This document shows, piece after piece, positions 51,235 through 61,922 of a DNA stretch of 64,000 nt. Below the pieces are notes generated by a model. It made no database searches and had not been told where the DNA came from. It saw nothing but the letters and a program-made list of their open reading frames with translations. Numbering within the stretch: the first letter of the stretch is position 1; each line of letters starts with the position of its first letter. Position numbers and translations under genes: made by a program. This stretch comes from Chiloscyllium plagiosum (taxonomy: Eukaryota): assembly GCF_004010195.1 (NCBI RefSeq), contig NC_057744.1, positions 29,253,055 through 29,317,054 of the forward strand, written 5' to 3'.

Positions 51235-52590
51235 TCATGTATTCATGGGATGTGGGCATCAATGGTTGGTCCAGCATTTAACTCCCATCCCTAGTTCACA
51301 GAATCACAGAATTATTATGGTGTAGAAAGAGGCCATTTGGCCCTTCATGTCTGAACTTACTCTTCAAATGTGCATCATTACATAATGCCAACTTCCTGCT
51401 TCTTCCCCAACTTCCTGCACACCATTTTTATCAAAGTACCTATCCAATACCCTCTGAAAGACCTCTGTTGAAACTGTCACCACTACATTTCCAAGCAGTG
51501 CATTCCACACTCCAGCTACCTGCTGTGTAAAAAAGGCTTTCTAACATCACCTTTGCTTCTTTTGTGGATCACTTTAAATCCATGTCATCTTATTCTTGGT
51601 TCTTTTAGGATAGGAACAACTTCTTCCTATCCATTCTCTCCAGCCCTCTTCTCTCCAAGAAGAACAGACCCAAAATTTTTCAATCTATCCTTTTCAATGA
51701 AGTTTCTCAACACTGGCACCATTCTTGTAAATCACTTCCTCACTCTCTCCAGTGCATTCACATCTTCCCTATAAAGTGCTGTCCATAACTATACACAATA
51801 CTCAAGCTGAGATATAACAAGTGTCTTAATATGTTCAACATCACCTCGCTGCTCCTATTATCAAAGATGAGGACAATATGCATTATTAAGTGATCTTTTC
51901 ACGTGCCCTGCCTCCTTTAATTATCTCCGCACATGTACACCCAGATTCCGCTACTCCTGCACTCCCTTTAAAATTGTAGCCCCTATTTTGTATTGTCTTT
52001 CAATGTTCTTTTGACCGCACATTTCTCTGTATTGAGCCCCATCTGTCGCCTATCAGCCCACTCCACCAACTTGTCAATCTCTTTTTGGAGTTCCAAACTG
52101 TCACCTCACAGTTGAAAATTCTTCCAAGTTTCTTACATCTTCATAGCTGCCTCTGAGAAGGTGACGGTGAGCTGCTGTCTTGAACTGCTACAGTCCATAT
52201 GTGAGATATAGACCAACAATGCTGATAGATAGAGAATTCCAGGATTTTGACCCAGCAATGCTGAAGGACCAGCGATAAACTTCCCGATCAAGACGGTGAG
52301 TAGCTAGGAAGGGAACTTGCAGGTGGCAGTGTTCCCATGTAGCTGTTTCCCTTCTCCATCTAGAAGGAAGTGGTCATGGGTTTGGAAGATATTATATAAT
52401 GTCTGCAGTGCATCTTATAAATAGTATACACTGCTACTACTGAGCATCGGAGGTGGAGAGAGTGAATGCCTGTGAATATGGTGCCAAGTAAATGAGCTAC
52501 TTTGTCCTGGAGAGTGTCAAGCTTCTTGAGTGTTGTTGGAGTTGCACCCATCCTGGCAAGTGGGGAGTATTCCATCACAATCCTGCCTTG
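51235..52590 (-). mobile_element. CR1-group LINE 3' part (clade uncertain), split by CR1
   Basis: Tail ATTCATGGGATGTGGGC at 51241; resumes at 52143; ORF MEYSPLARMGATPTTLKKLDTLQDKVAHLLG..IHSLHLRCSVVAVYTIYKMHC. Confidence 0.8.
51297..52140 (-). mobile_element. Old CR1 3' fragment
   Basis: CACAGAATCACAGAA tail; CACTCTCTCCAGTGCATTCACATC (reverse of DVNALERV), ACACAATACTCAAG. Confidence 0.85.
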
Positions 52591-53059
52591 TGCCTCAAGG
52601 TGTAATGGAAACCACTTGACTGGTTGAAGTGCGGATCCAACAACACTCAAGAAGTTTGACAAAAGAAAAGCATTTGCATCAGGAGTGACTGATTGTGTTT
52701 TGCTTCTCTGCCATTTTGTCTCAACCATATTTGTTCAATTTCAACCCACAAGTGTTCAGAATTGGGCTGTCAACTTAAAGTAATTGATCACCCTTATTGA
52801 AGGAAATACGGACTTTTTGAGCCCACATTACATTTTTTACACTATTTCTGCTGCTGTATTCATTACTGACTTTATTTTCTTCGATTCGCATGCCAAGGCA
52901 CATCTTTTCTCATTCCCTATCGTCAAAGAGCTACTTCTACTGAATCCCGAGCCGGCATTTCCACGCCACTCTCTTTACACTTCCCTCTGCGATCCCATTT
53001 TTATTCCTATTCATTCTTGAGATTCTCCGAGAACATATGAGAGTGTTATTGGCAAGTTC

Positions 53060-53560
53060 AGGATTTATTTCCCTGCCCTCACTACCCCGGAGAAGGTGAC
53101 GATGAGCCGCTGCAGTCCATGTGGCATAGGTATAGCCATGGTGCTATTAGAGAGGGAGTTCCAGGAGTTTGTCCCAGTGACAGTGAAGGAATGGAGGTAT
53201 GGCTCCAATTCATCATAGTGTATGGCTCATTGGGAATTAGGGAAGGGACCTTGTTGGTGATGGTCTTCCCAGCATGGATGATGCCCTTACACTGACAATG
53301 GAAGTAGTGAGGGCATGGATTTGGAAAATGCTATTGAAGGAACCTTGCCAATATGCTGCAATGCATCTTCCCAGTGTAGCCAATAATGAAGGGAGTGAAT
53401 GTTGAAGGGGTGGATGTGATGCTGATCCAGGGGGCTGCTTTGTCCTGGATGGTGCCAAGCTTCTTGACAGTATTCTATCACAGTCCTAACTTGTGCCTTG
53501 TAGATGATGAACGCACTCCGGGGTTTCAGTTACTCACTATGGAAATTCTAACTTCTGATT
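53060..53560 (-). mobile_element. CR1-group LINE 3' fragment
   Basis: Parallel to 52143-52590 (GAGAAGGTGACG..GCTGCAGTCC..GCTTTGTCCTGGATGGTG). Confidence 0.75.
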
Positions 53561-55881
53561 GTGCTCATTGGGCAGGTTTTCAAAACCAATGTGATGATGA
53601 GTGGAGAAATGGGGGTATGTCAGTGCCAGTCCAAAGCATGAGCATGGAAAATGAATGGTCAAATGCTTTGGATGGGTTGGAGTTAATGTATAGAGGAGCC
53701 TGACAGAACACTGGAAAACCTCAGACTGGAGCCACAATTACATATTTTTCCCATACTACCTCAGAAGTGCTGAGGCCATTTACTGCACCAGTTGGCCCTC
53801 TAATCATGCGAGTGAATCCAGACCAGGGAATGAACCTTGCACTTCTAAAACAGCATTTATCAACTGAACCATGGGGATAGTGTTCAATGTTGAAGTGAAG
53901 ACTTGACAGATTCCTGAGGAATTCTGATGCAAAAACATGAGTCAGTATCATCCCTTGAGTAAGCAAGGATCACGGTATCTCCCAATTTGATGAAGAAAAA
54001 ACCCTGTAAAGTAAGAAAACAAGATCGAATGCAGAGACTAAAAGTACTTTGACCCTCGAAACAGTGTCTCAATGGAGTGTTTAACATTGGTACAATTGAG
54101 ATTCAATTGCAAAGTAAATGATTCAACATGCTCAGCTACAGATGATGCTGATGGTCAATTTGTTTCTCCGAGACTGGGAGAAATTCAAATCCAACTTTAA
54201 CGAGACTCAGGCAAAATGCTTCTTGACAATGTAATGGAACATTTATCAAGATTCAGCTGGAGTGTAACTTGATCAGCTAAAGATTACCGTGTTTGGCATG
54301 GTATGCCACAATGATGTCATGAAAACCACAATGTAAAACAAAACCCTCAATGTTGAATAATAGCTTGTGTTGAGTATGTGACAAGCCTGTCACATTCCCA
54401 CTGACTTACAGCATGCCCCAATGCAATGATACTCTCATTACCTTAATGGAACCATCTCAGGGAATGCTTACCAAGATCATATCTATGGGCTCCCCTAGGG
54501 CTTCAGTGGTACAATGTATTACCTGATGCATACAGACCAGGAAGCTCTCAAGACTTGAGTACTGGTCTGTGTTAAGTAATCTCATTTGGAATAGGTATGG
54601 GGGTGGGGGGATGATGTAACGTTCTGAAAGCATTACTAGGGGAAGCAGGAGAGATTGGGGAAAGATGAAGGAACAAGCACTTTGTAGCACTTTATTACTT
54701 CAGTGAGCACCGTGTTCAAAATATTTTCTCTCATGTTATGCAATATGATCAAATAAATTCCAGCCGGCTCTCCTTGATTTCTGATCCCAAGTGCCTGTGA
54801 TAACGATAGGAAAGGGATTACTAATAATGGTGGGAATGACATTTCCCATTCAAAAAGCTTCTTGTTATATGAAAGGAAATGTCAGAGCTCTTTTCTAGAT
54901 GAAGGTGAGATGTCAGCAAGGGTTTGGGAATACTGGGAATGATCAAAGTCATGGGAGATGAGACAGGTTGTTGGGGAATGTGTGATGGCAGGTAAGAGAG
55001 AGGAGGCAAGAGGAAATGTTTTGGGTCAAGAATCTGAAGAATGTGGACTCAGATATCCAGGGGTTCAATCAATCAGGTTCGCATTCACATGCATAAACAT
55101 TCACTTACTCTCTCAATCTCACACATTCACACTCAGTCATCTACTTGCAGGCTGTGCACACTTAAAGTTATATTTATTTTTCTAAATTGCATAGATACTA
55201 TGCATCTATCATTATCGTTAGCTTCCAATGGCAGAAGCTTCTTGGATCCATGGAGGTTACTTTGAATGTGGCACCATGAGTGAACTTGGAGAAAAGGGCA
55301 TCAGGTCAGCAGCACTAGACATTCTCAAATTCCTACCAGAGAGGGGAGAACATTGACTGTAATGGTCAGCCAATACTGAATCAGTAGGGCATTAATGAAG
55401 GGGGCAGGGAGGACTCCACTGGGATCTTCTTGGCATCAAAACAGCTTCCACTGAATACCAGCGTTGGTAGTTCCTTGCTGAGTTGTGCAGGACTCTCAAA
55501 AGGACCAGACAGCCTTCATATTCCAGCTCTTGTTTCACATGTCCTTCCAAACATTTGTAAAGAAATGACATTAACCCAGTGCCATCCTGGGCTCAGGACC
55601 TCTGCCAAAAACAGTTTTCAGCCAGTGAAGTGTGTTTGAAGAGGTTATGCAGAAACTTAGCCAGCTTGAGGACACAAAGATTCCACAATCAGCAATATAG
55701 TAATGACCAGAGAATCCTTCATGACTTTAGTTGAAGGATTACCGTTAACCAGGCAGAATTTCATTAGTCTTCTTCAAAATTATGTCATGGAAACTTTTAA
55801 ATCCATCTGAGAGGCATAAACGACCCATTTAATGTCACATCTAGAAGATGGTACCTCTAAAATTATGGCACTTCCTTAGTA

Positions 55882-56245
55882 CTCAGTGGTTAGCACTGCT
55901 GCCTCACAGCACCAAGGACATGGGGTTTGATTCAGCTTTGGATGACTGACTGTGTGGAGTTTGTACATTCTCCCTGTGTCTGCCTCGGTTTCCTTTAGGT
56001 GCTCTGGTTTCCTCCCACAGTCCAAAGATGTGCAGTGTTAGGTGGATTGGTTGTGCTGAAATTGTCGGCATTGTTCAGGGATGTGTAGGTACTCAGGGAC
56101 ATGTAGGCTAGGTGGATTAGCCATGGGAAATGAGGGGTTATGGGGATATGGTAGGGGACTGGGTCTGAGTGGAATGCTCTTTGAAGGGTTAGTGTGGATT
56201 TGATGGGCTGAATTGCCTCCTTCCACACTGTAGGAATTCTGTGAT
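55882..56245 (+). mobile_element. HE1 SINE abutting a reversed Deu-type SINE (55610-55882)
   Basis: CTCAGTGGTTAGCACTGCTGCCTCACAG..; TTCCACACTGTAGGAATTCT tail. Confidence 0.9.
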
Positions 56246-56552
56246 TTACAGCATCAACGTTGACATTGTGTGCAGTCTTTTGATTCATCTATTCTTTAAG
56301 CTTACAATAAATTTGCAGCTGAAAAGTGAGAGAAATATGAAGGATTACAATAAATTACAACAATCTTTCCTCTCACTCACCCACCAAATTATGTGAGGAA
56401 GGTCACGGAACCCCAAAATGTTTCCATTTAAACGGACAATATTCTATATCAAAGGCAAGAATCACAACCAGTAAATCACGGGCTGAGGCATCTGGTGAAA
56501 GCAATACGCACTTAACAAATACAAAAGTAACATTAAAATGATGTAAGCAGAT

Positions 56553-57240
56553 AACTTGCATTTATATAGCACCTTTAATAAAGTAGAATAGTCCAAAGTG
56601 TTCACAGGAACATTATCAGTCAAAATTAACGGCAAATCATATATGGAGACATGAACAGAAACTGCTGGAAAAGCTCAGCAGGTCTGGTAGCATCTGTGGA
56701 AAGAAATCCAAGTTAACGTTTTGGGTCAGGTGACCTTTCCTCAGAAAGGTGCTGAGGAAGGATCACTTGATCCAAAATGTTAACTCTGATTTCTCTCCAC
56801 AGATGCTGCCAGACCTGCTGAGCTTTTCCAGCACTTTCTGTTTTGTTTCTGATTTCCAGCATCCACAGTTCTTTCAGATTTTATTTACAGAGACTTTAAG
56901 ATTGGTGGCCAAAGAGGAAGGTTTAAACAGCATCCTAAAGTGGGAGATTGAGGTAGAGAGGCAGAGAGATTGAAGAAAAGAATTCCAGAGCTTATGGTCC
57001 ATGCAACTAAAGGTATGACTGCCAATGGGGAAGTGAACAAAGTTAGGGCTTTGGCAGAGACAGGAATTGTAGGAGATCGGAATGGATTGTGCTACTTAAT
57101 GAGGACACAGAGATGAGAGGCATAGAAGGATTTGAAAACAAAGATGGGAATTTTAAAATTGATCTGTTGCTGGATGCAAAGTGAATACAGACAAGCTATA
57201 CAGGAGTGGTGGGCAGATGTGACTTATTTGCAAGCACATA
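56553..57240 (-). mobile_element. L2-type LINE 3' fragment
   Basis: AACTTGCATTTATATAGCACCTTT tail shared with Deu-type SINEs; GAATTCCAGAGCTTA..GGATTTGAAAACAA body. Confidence 0.65.
56652..56885. mobile_element. PLE fold-back insertion (family D)
   Basis: About 90-bp inverted arms; divergent CTGAGGA boxes at 56744-56738 (-) and 56752-56758 (+). Confidence 0.88.
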
Positions 57241-57983
57241 TTTGCTCTTATGCACACACAGAATAATTGCCGGCAAAATGTACCGGTGATAATTGCTGGG
57301 TGTGTAATGAATTTAATAACACACAGGCACTTTACAAACCTTCCATTTGATTAAGTGTTCCTCACATCAGAGGGGTTTCGGTGGCTCTTGTGTATGTTGT
57401 CGTGCACCAATCTATAAAAGGTACTGCCTTTAGATTGCAGAATGAGCAAATAATGCCCATCTGGCTAAAAGCCAGGAATATCTGCCCATTTTATCGAATA
57501 AATAGTTTCCTTTTATTTCTGATGGCTTTTTTTTGTTCTGCTTATAAAAAAGATGCATCTGTCAGTGTCAGTGCTGCCTTCTGTGCTGACTGATCTGCTA
57601 TTCTGTGAGAAGACGACTAATTCCTATGGGTTTTTCCGCCAAATAAAGCTGCAGCCAGTTCTGCAGACAGGCTCATTAAACTCAAAAGGGTTTTTTTTTG
57701 TTTTATATACATAGATTAAAGTAAAACAGAAAACGCTCATGGTGAGAAAGAACAGGTCAATCCCTAGAGAATAACTTCTGATTTGAAAGGACTTCTTGTT
57801 TGTAATTTTTATTGGAGAGAAACAACCTACATCTATATAGCACCCAGTTATCACAGCTCTTGGAAAGTGGCCAGAAGGGCTGATTTTATCATTCCTTCAT
57901 AGAATGTGGGTATTGCTTCCTAGGGCAGCAATTGTTGCCCATTCCTAATACTCCTTAAGACGGTGGCAGCGATCTGCCTTCTT

Positions 57984-58230
57984 TAAAAAGCCTAGCTTTT
58001 GAGTGCTGCTCCTTCACCAGGGACAGCACCTGATGAAGGAGCAGTGCTCTGAAAGCTAGTGCTTCCAAATAAACCTTGGATTATAACTGCTGTTGTGTGA
58101 TTTTTAACTTTGTCCGCCCAGGTCCAACACTGGCTCCTCCACTTCTTGAAGAAGGGTCACACCTGAAACGTTGACTTCTCCACCTCCTGATGCTGCCTGG
58201 CTTGCTGTGTTCTTCCAGCCTCCTGCTTGT
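57984..58230. mobile_element. Chimeric PLE insertion (family B inverted + family B + family C) with three hammerhead motifs
   Basis: TSD CCTTCTT at 57977-57983 and 58231-58237; motifs at 58020-57992 (-), 58030-58058 (+) and 58146-58172 (+). Confidence 0.8.
58025..58063 (+). ncRNA. Minimal hammerhead motif with complete stem I
   Basis: AGCAC CTGATGA A GGAGC AGT GCTCT GAAAGCTA GTGCT: 5-bp stem I, 5-bp stem II (G.U closing pair), AGCT palindrome, CUA triplet. Confidence 0.72.
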
Positions 58231-60349
58231 CCTTCTTGAATTGCTGCCGTCCTTGAGATCCACAACACCGTTAGGAAGGCAGTTCAAGAATTTTGATCCT
58301 ACAGCAGAGCAGGGACAGTGATATATTCCCATGTCAAGATAGCTCCGAGGGGAACATACAGGGTGAATCTGTTTCCCCTTTTCCTTCTTGGTGGTAGCTG
58401 TGAACCAGCAGACCCAAGCTAATCCACAGGTTCAAACTCACCAATGCAAGAGTGTGGTCTGGAAGATAATGTCAAGGGCAGTGCTCGAGAAGCAGTGGCT
58501 CCTTCAAAGCTTTTTTTTTGTGTCCATTTCGTTCCATCTTCCTCTGTGGCATTCACCTCATCATCACTCTCAAGGCAGGCTGCTGTCTGGCCTTTGGAGC
58601 ATATTTGTTGGTTCACCCTCCTGCCTCCTCAACCTGGAAGGTGATCCAAAAGGCAATTTCTTAATTGAACACTTTCCAGAAGGTCGGACCTGAGCAAAAA
58701 AAAGGGTGGGACAGTGGCAGTCATTATTGCAAAGGTGGACTGCTCCCAGTGACTGGAAAAAGACCATGGTGGAAAAGTCCAGCCCCAAAATATCTGTCTA
58801 ATCTACTCCAGCCCAGGATTTCACAATGACAGATGGCTTTGGCATTGTGTCCTCAGCATCAGAGGGGAGAAATCTGAATGAGCAGGATGAATATTAGGTT
58901 GGAAATGAGATTAAGGTTTATAGACCTCAGGATAAACATATTGTATGAAACATGCTGATCACTAAGCTGCTGGGACCGTTAATGTAGCAAAGATGAATCA
59001 TCCAGTATGGAAGATTAAATCAGTATGCTATTTGTTTTGTCTGATTTCCGCCTGGGATCACAAGGTATTTGTGCAGCAACTCCTCTCAGGCGATTGCGAG
59101 AGCTCTCTGCCAAATTTAGTCTATGGCCTGGATAGATTTAATGGGCCGATTGGTCTTTCCTCGTTTAGTTCTTTCCTGTTTTCTCGCTTACATTAAGGCA
59201 TAGTCAAATCTGCAGAGTAGGTCAAAGTGTTGAGTGTTCCTGACTGGAAACCCTTGCTTCCCAGGGAATGTAGCCTGACCACAAGAGGCTTCCATGGTTG
59301 GGTGTAACACAAAGGAACCTTCATGGATATGAAGATCCATTACCGAGAAATGATGCATTGAAGTAAATTGGCCAGAAGCAATGGAGGAGCTGATCAGAAA
59401 ACATTAGATGTCGGACAACCACATGCCAATTATGTGCACGCTGCAAAGCCCTTGTTGTTCCAATCCCCATCACTGACACTCCTCCAACGATGACAGCTGA
59501 TGGGATTAACTCTAAAGGTCATTTAGGAGTATAGTGAATGCAAATATATTCTCTGGTAGTTAGCCTTGCTCCTAAACATAAACAGCTGAACCTACAGCCA
59601 AATGACTGTGATGCAGACCCACAGGCTTAAGCATCTACATCTGGGATAACACATTATATTCCTACAAAGTAAATATAGGGAACGGGTTGCCTGTGTTTAC
59701 ATTCGGTTTTGCACAGCTAAATACAGCAAACAGACAAGTGATCATTGAAACTGTTCTTCCCAAGCCACCACCCAGTAAAGTAGGAAGGGCCCCAGAGCAA
59801 AGAACTCTGAGCATTTTGTTTATGGTGAGCTTCTCTAAGTCCCAAACAGAGTTTATGATCCCATTCGCATTTCCTTCGCGTTCAACTTAAGTTGCTACAA
59901 ACAGATTCGTTTTAAGATTTCTCCACCAACGTGGCAAAAGCCTTTCCAAACCTCCAGGTTGGTGAAATCCAGGCAGAATGAATAAGAATGATGACTATCT
60001 CTGGGATTAGTTTAACTCATCTGCAGAAGGAGAGCTTTCTTTCACCCATGCCTGCAGGCTCAGGGAGCAAATCCTGCTCCAGGTAACTCCAGTCAGCAGG
60101 GACTGGAGTTTTGGTTCTGGAATTGGGGTTCATCACAGGCGGGAGATACCTGTCTGCTGAGTGTGGGTAACCTTGTGTTCACTTAAAACCCAAAACAGAC
60201 CCGAAAGAAAGATTTTATGGCCAGACCCCTGGTCAGGTTCTTTATAACAATGGGATTGTTAATCTCTCAGGAATGAAATGGCTTCCATTCTTTAATCACA
60301 CCCCAACCCTCAGTTCGTCGCAACAATCATTAGTTTAGAAAGAATTCCT

Positions 60350-60568
60350 GTTAGCAAGTTTTGAGCTCAGTGAGCAAACCTACATCCAGAATCTCAACCT
60401 GAGCTACAAATCTTCTCAAGTTTTGAGATGATTTATAGCTCAGGTTGAGGTTCTGGATGTAAGTTTACTCGCTGAGTTCAAAACTCGCTAACACCTATGG
60501 GCGCAATACGCTAAAACTGGCCTAAAAATGCCATCCGACAGCTCAGCGAGCAAACTTATATCCAGAAT
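60350..60568. mobile_element. Family E fold-back (143-bp palindrome 60350-60492) plus a further fragment
   Basis: Same sequence as 32035-32094; flanked by AGAATTCCTGT (60341-60351) and AGAATCCCTGT (60564-60574). Confidence 0.8.
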
Positions 60569-60807
60569 CCCTGTCTTGTGAACACCTTTCTCCCAGACCA
60601 AATTAAATTTATGTTGTAAAAGGAACCCACTTAACCCAAACCCTTATCAAAGAGTTGATTGGTTAGAAAATAATACAATACTCATTCACACAGATTGGAA
60701 CTAAGAAATTAATCCAAATAAAAGATAAAATTATCAGTTCGATGGATCAATCTCACTGGGTTGTTCAGATGGAATGTTTTCGAATTGAACAGCTGATTTC
60801 AGAAGCA

Positions 60808-61096
60808 TAGAATAGAATCCCTACAGTGTGAAAGCAGGCCATTCAGCCCATTGAATCCATAACGACCCTCTGAAGAGCATCCCAACCAGAACCACCACCC
60901 CCACTCCATCCCTGTAACCCTGCATTTCCCATGGCTAACCTACCTAACCTACACATCCTGGGACACTATGGGCAATTTACCATGGCCAATCTGCTCTGAG
61001 CTGCTCACCGTTTAGACTGTAGGAGGAAACCAAAGCACTGGGAAGAAACCCACACAGACATGGGGAGAACGTGCAAACTCCATACAGACAGTGGCC
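60808..61096 (-). mobile_element. HE1 SINE lacking the tRNA head
   Basis: TAGAATAGAATCCCTACAG tail; GGGGAGAACGTGCAAACTCCATACAGACA. Confidence 0.92.
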
Positions 61097-61823
61097 TGCG
61101 GTGGGATGGTGCACACTCTCCCTGAGCTCTCCCCACCCCACCCCCACCTGTTTATTCTTCCCCTCTCCCAGTTCTTCACACTTCCTCGCTCTACCACACT
61201 CTTCACTCTCTCTCTCTCCTTGACATTTGTGGGTTAATTGAAATCTTTTTTGCCCTGCTTCTTTTTGATGTGGCTATTTTGCCTCAATCAGAGTGAGAGA
61301 GTCCTTCTGTTGTCCTGTTTCCTTTCAGCTGGCTTGTTAGCTCGCTGTCTTCTACAGCAAGAGAACCCTTTTACCTGCTACGCAGAGGTGACAAACAAGT
61401 GATTCTTTTATTGCGACCATAACAGTACACTTGTCCATGAACCAAAGTTGCCTAGTACACGCAAACCTCAGTTCACTAGCATACCTTGCACAGACCAGAG
61501 TTGCAGTTGGTTTTTATGCCCCCTTGTTTTTGTACATTCCTGGATGGACAAAACACAAAATGTCCTTGTAAGTAGGGATTTCTGCTGAGACAGGGGAACT
61601 GGTCAACCTCTTTTATTATCTCCTCTGCTTACATCTCTTTGTTTGAAGTCTCTGACACTATTATAGATGTGACATTCCATAGATCTGACACAGGACTTTG
61701 CCAGACGGTACTGAATTTACTTTCGCACTTTTTTTTGTAGCAATCTTCTTAAGGGCAAACAGATTTTGGAATTAAATATCCCGAGTACTTCGAGATTGTG
61801 ATCCACCCTCATGACAGAGTCAG

Positions 61824-61922
61824 TTAGATGGTGGACAGATGGTTAAAGCTGTGGAAGGAGAATTCATGTACAGGTCTGTAACCAGCCAGTGAATCCTGTG
61901 AATCTCCGAGGGAAGTGAAGAT
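61824..61922 (-). CDS. Weak candidate terminal coding exon of an unidentified gene
   Basis: TGTTGTTTTCAG acceptor, then IFTSLGDSQDSLAGYRPVHEFSFHSFNHLSTI*; repeat-free downstream region with AATAAA at 61617-61612; protein not recognised. Confidence 0.2.
   Translation of the reverse strand: MFTSLGDSQDSLAGYRPVHEFSFHSFNHLSTI

Larger units (their letters stand above)
57890..58390 (-). mobile_element. CR1-group LINE tail hosting a PLE chimera
   Basis: TCATTCCTTCATAGAATGTGGG..GCCCATTCCTAAT..GCCTTCTT | GAATTGCTGC.. Confidence 0.7.
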
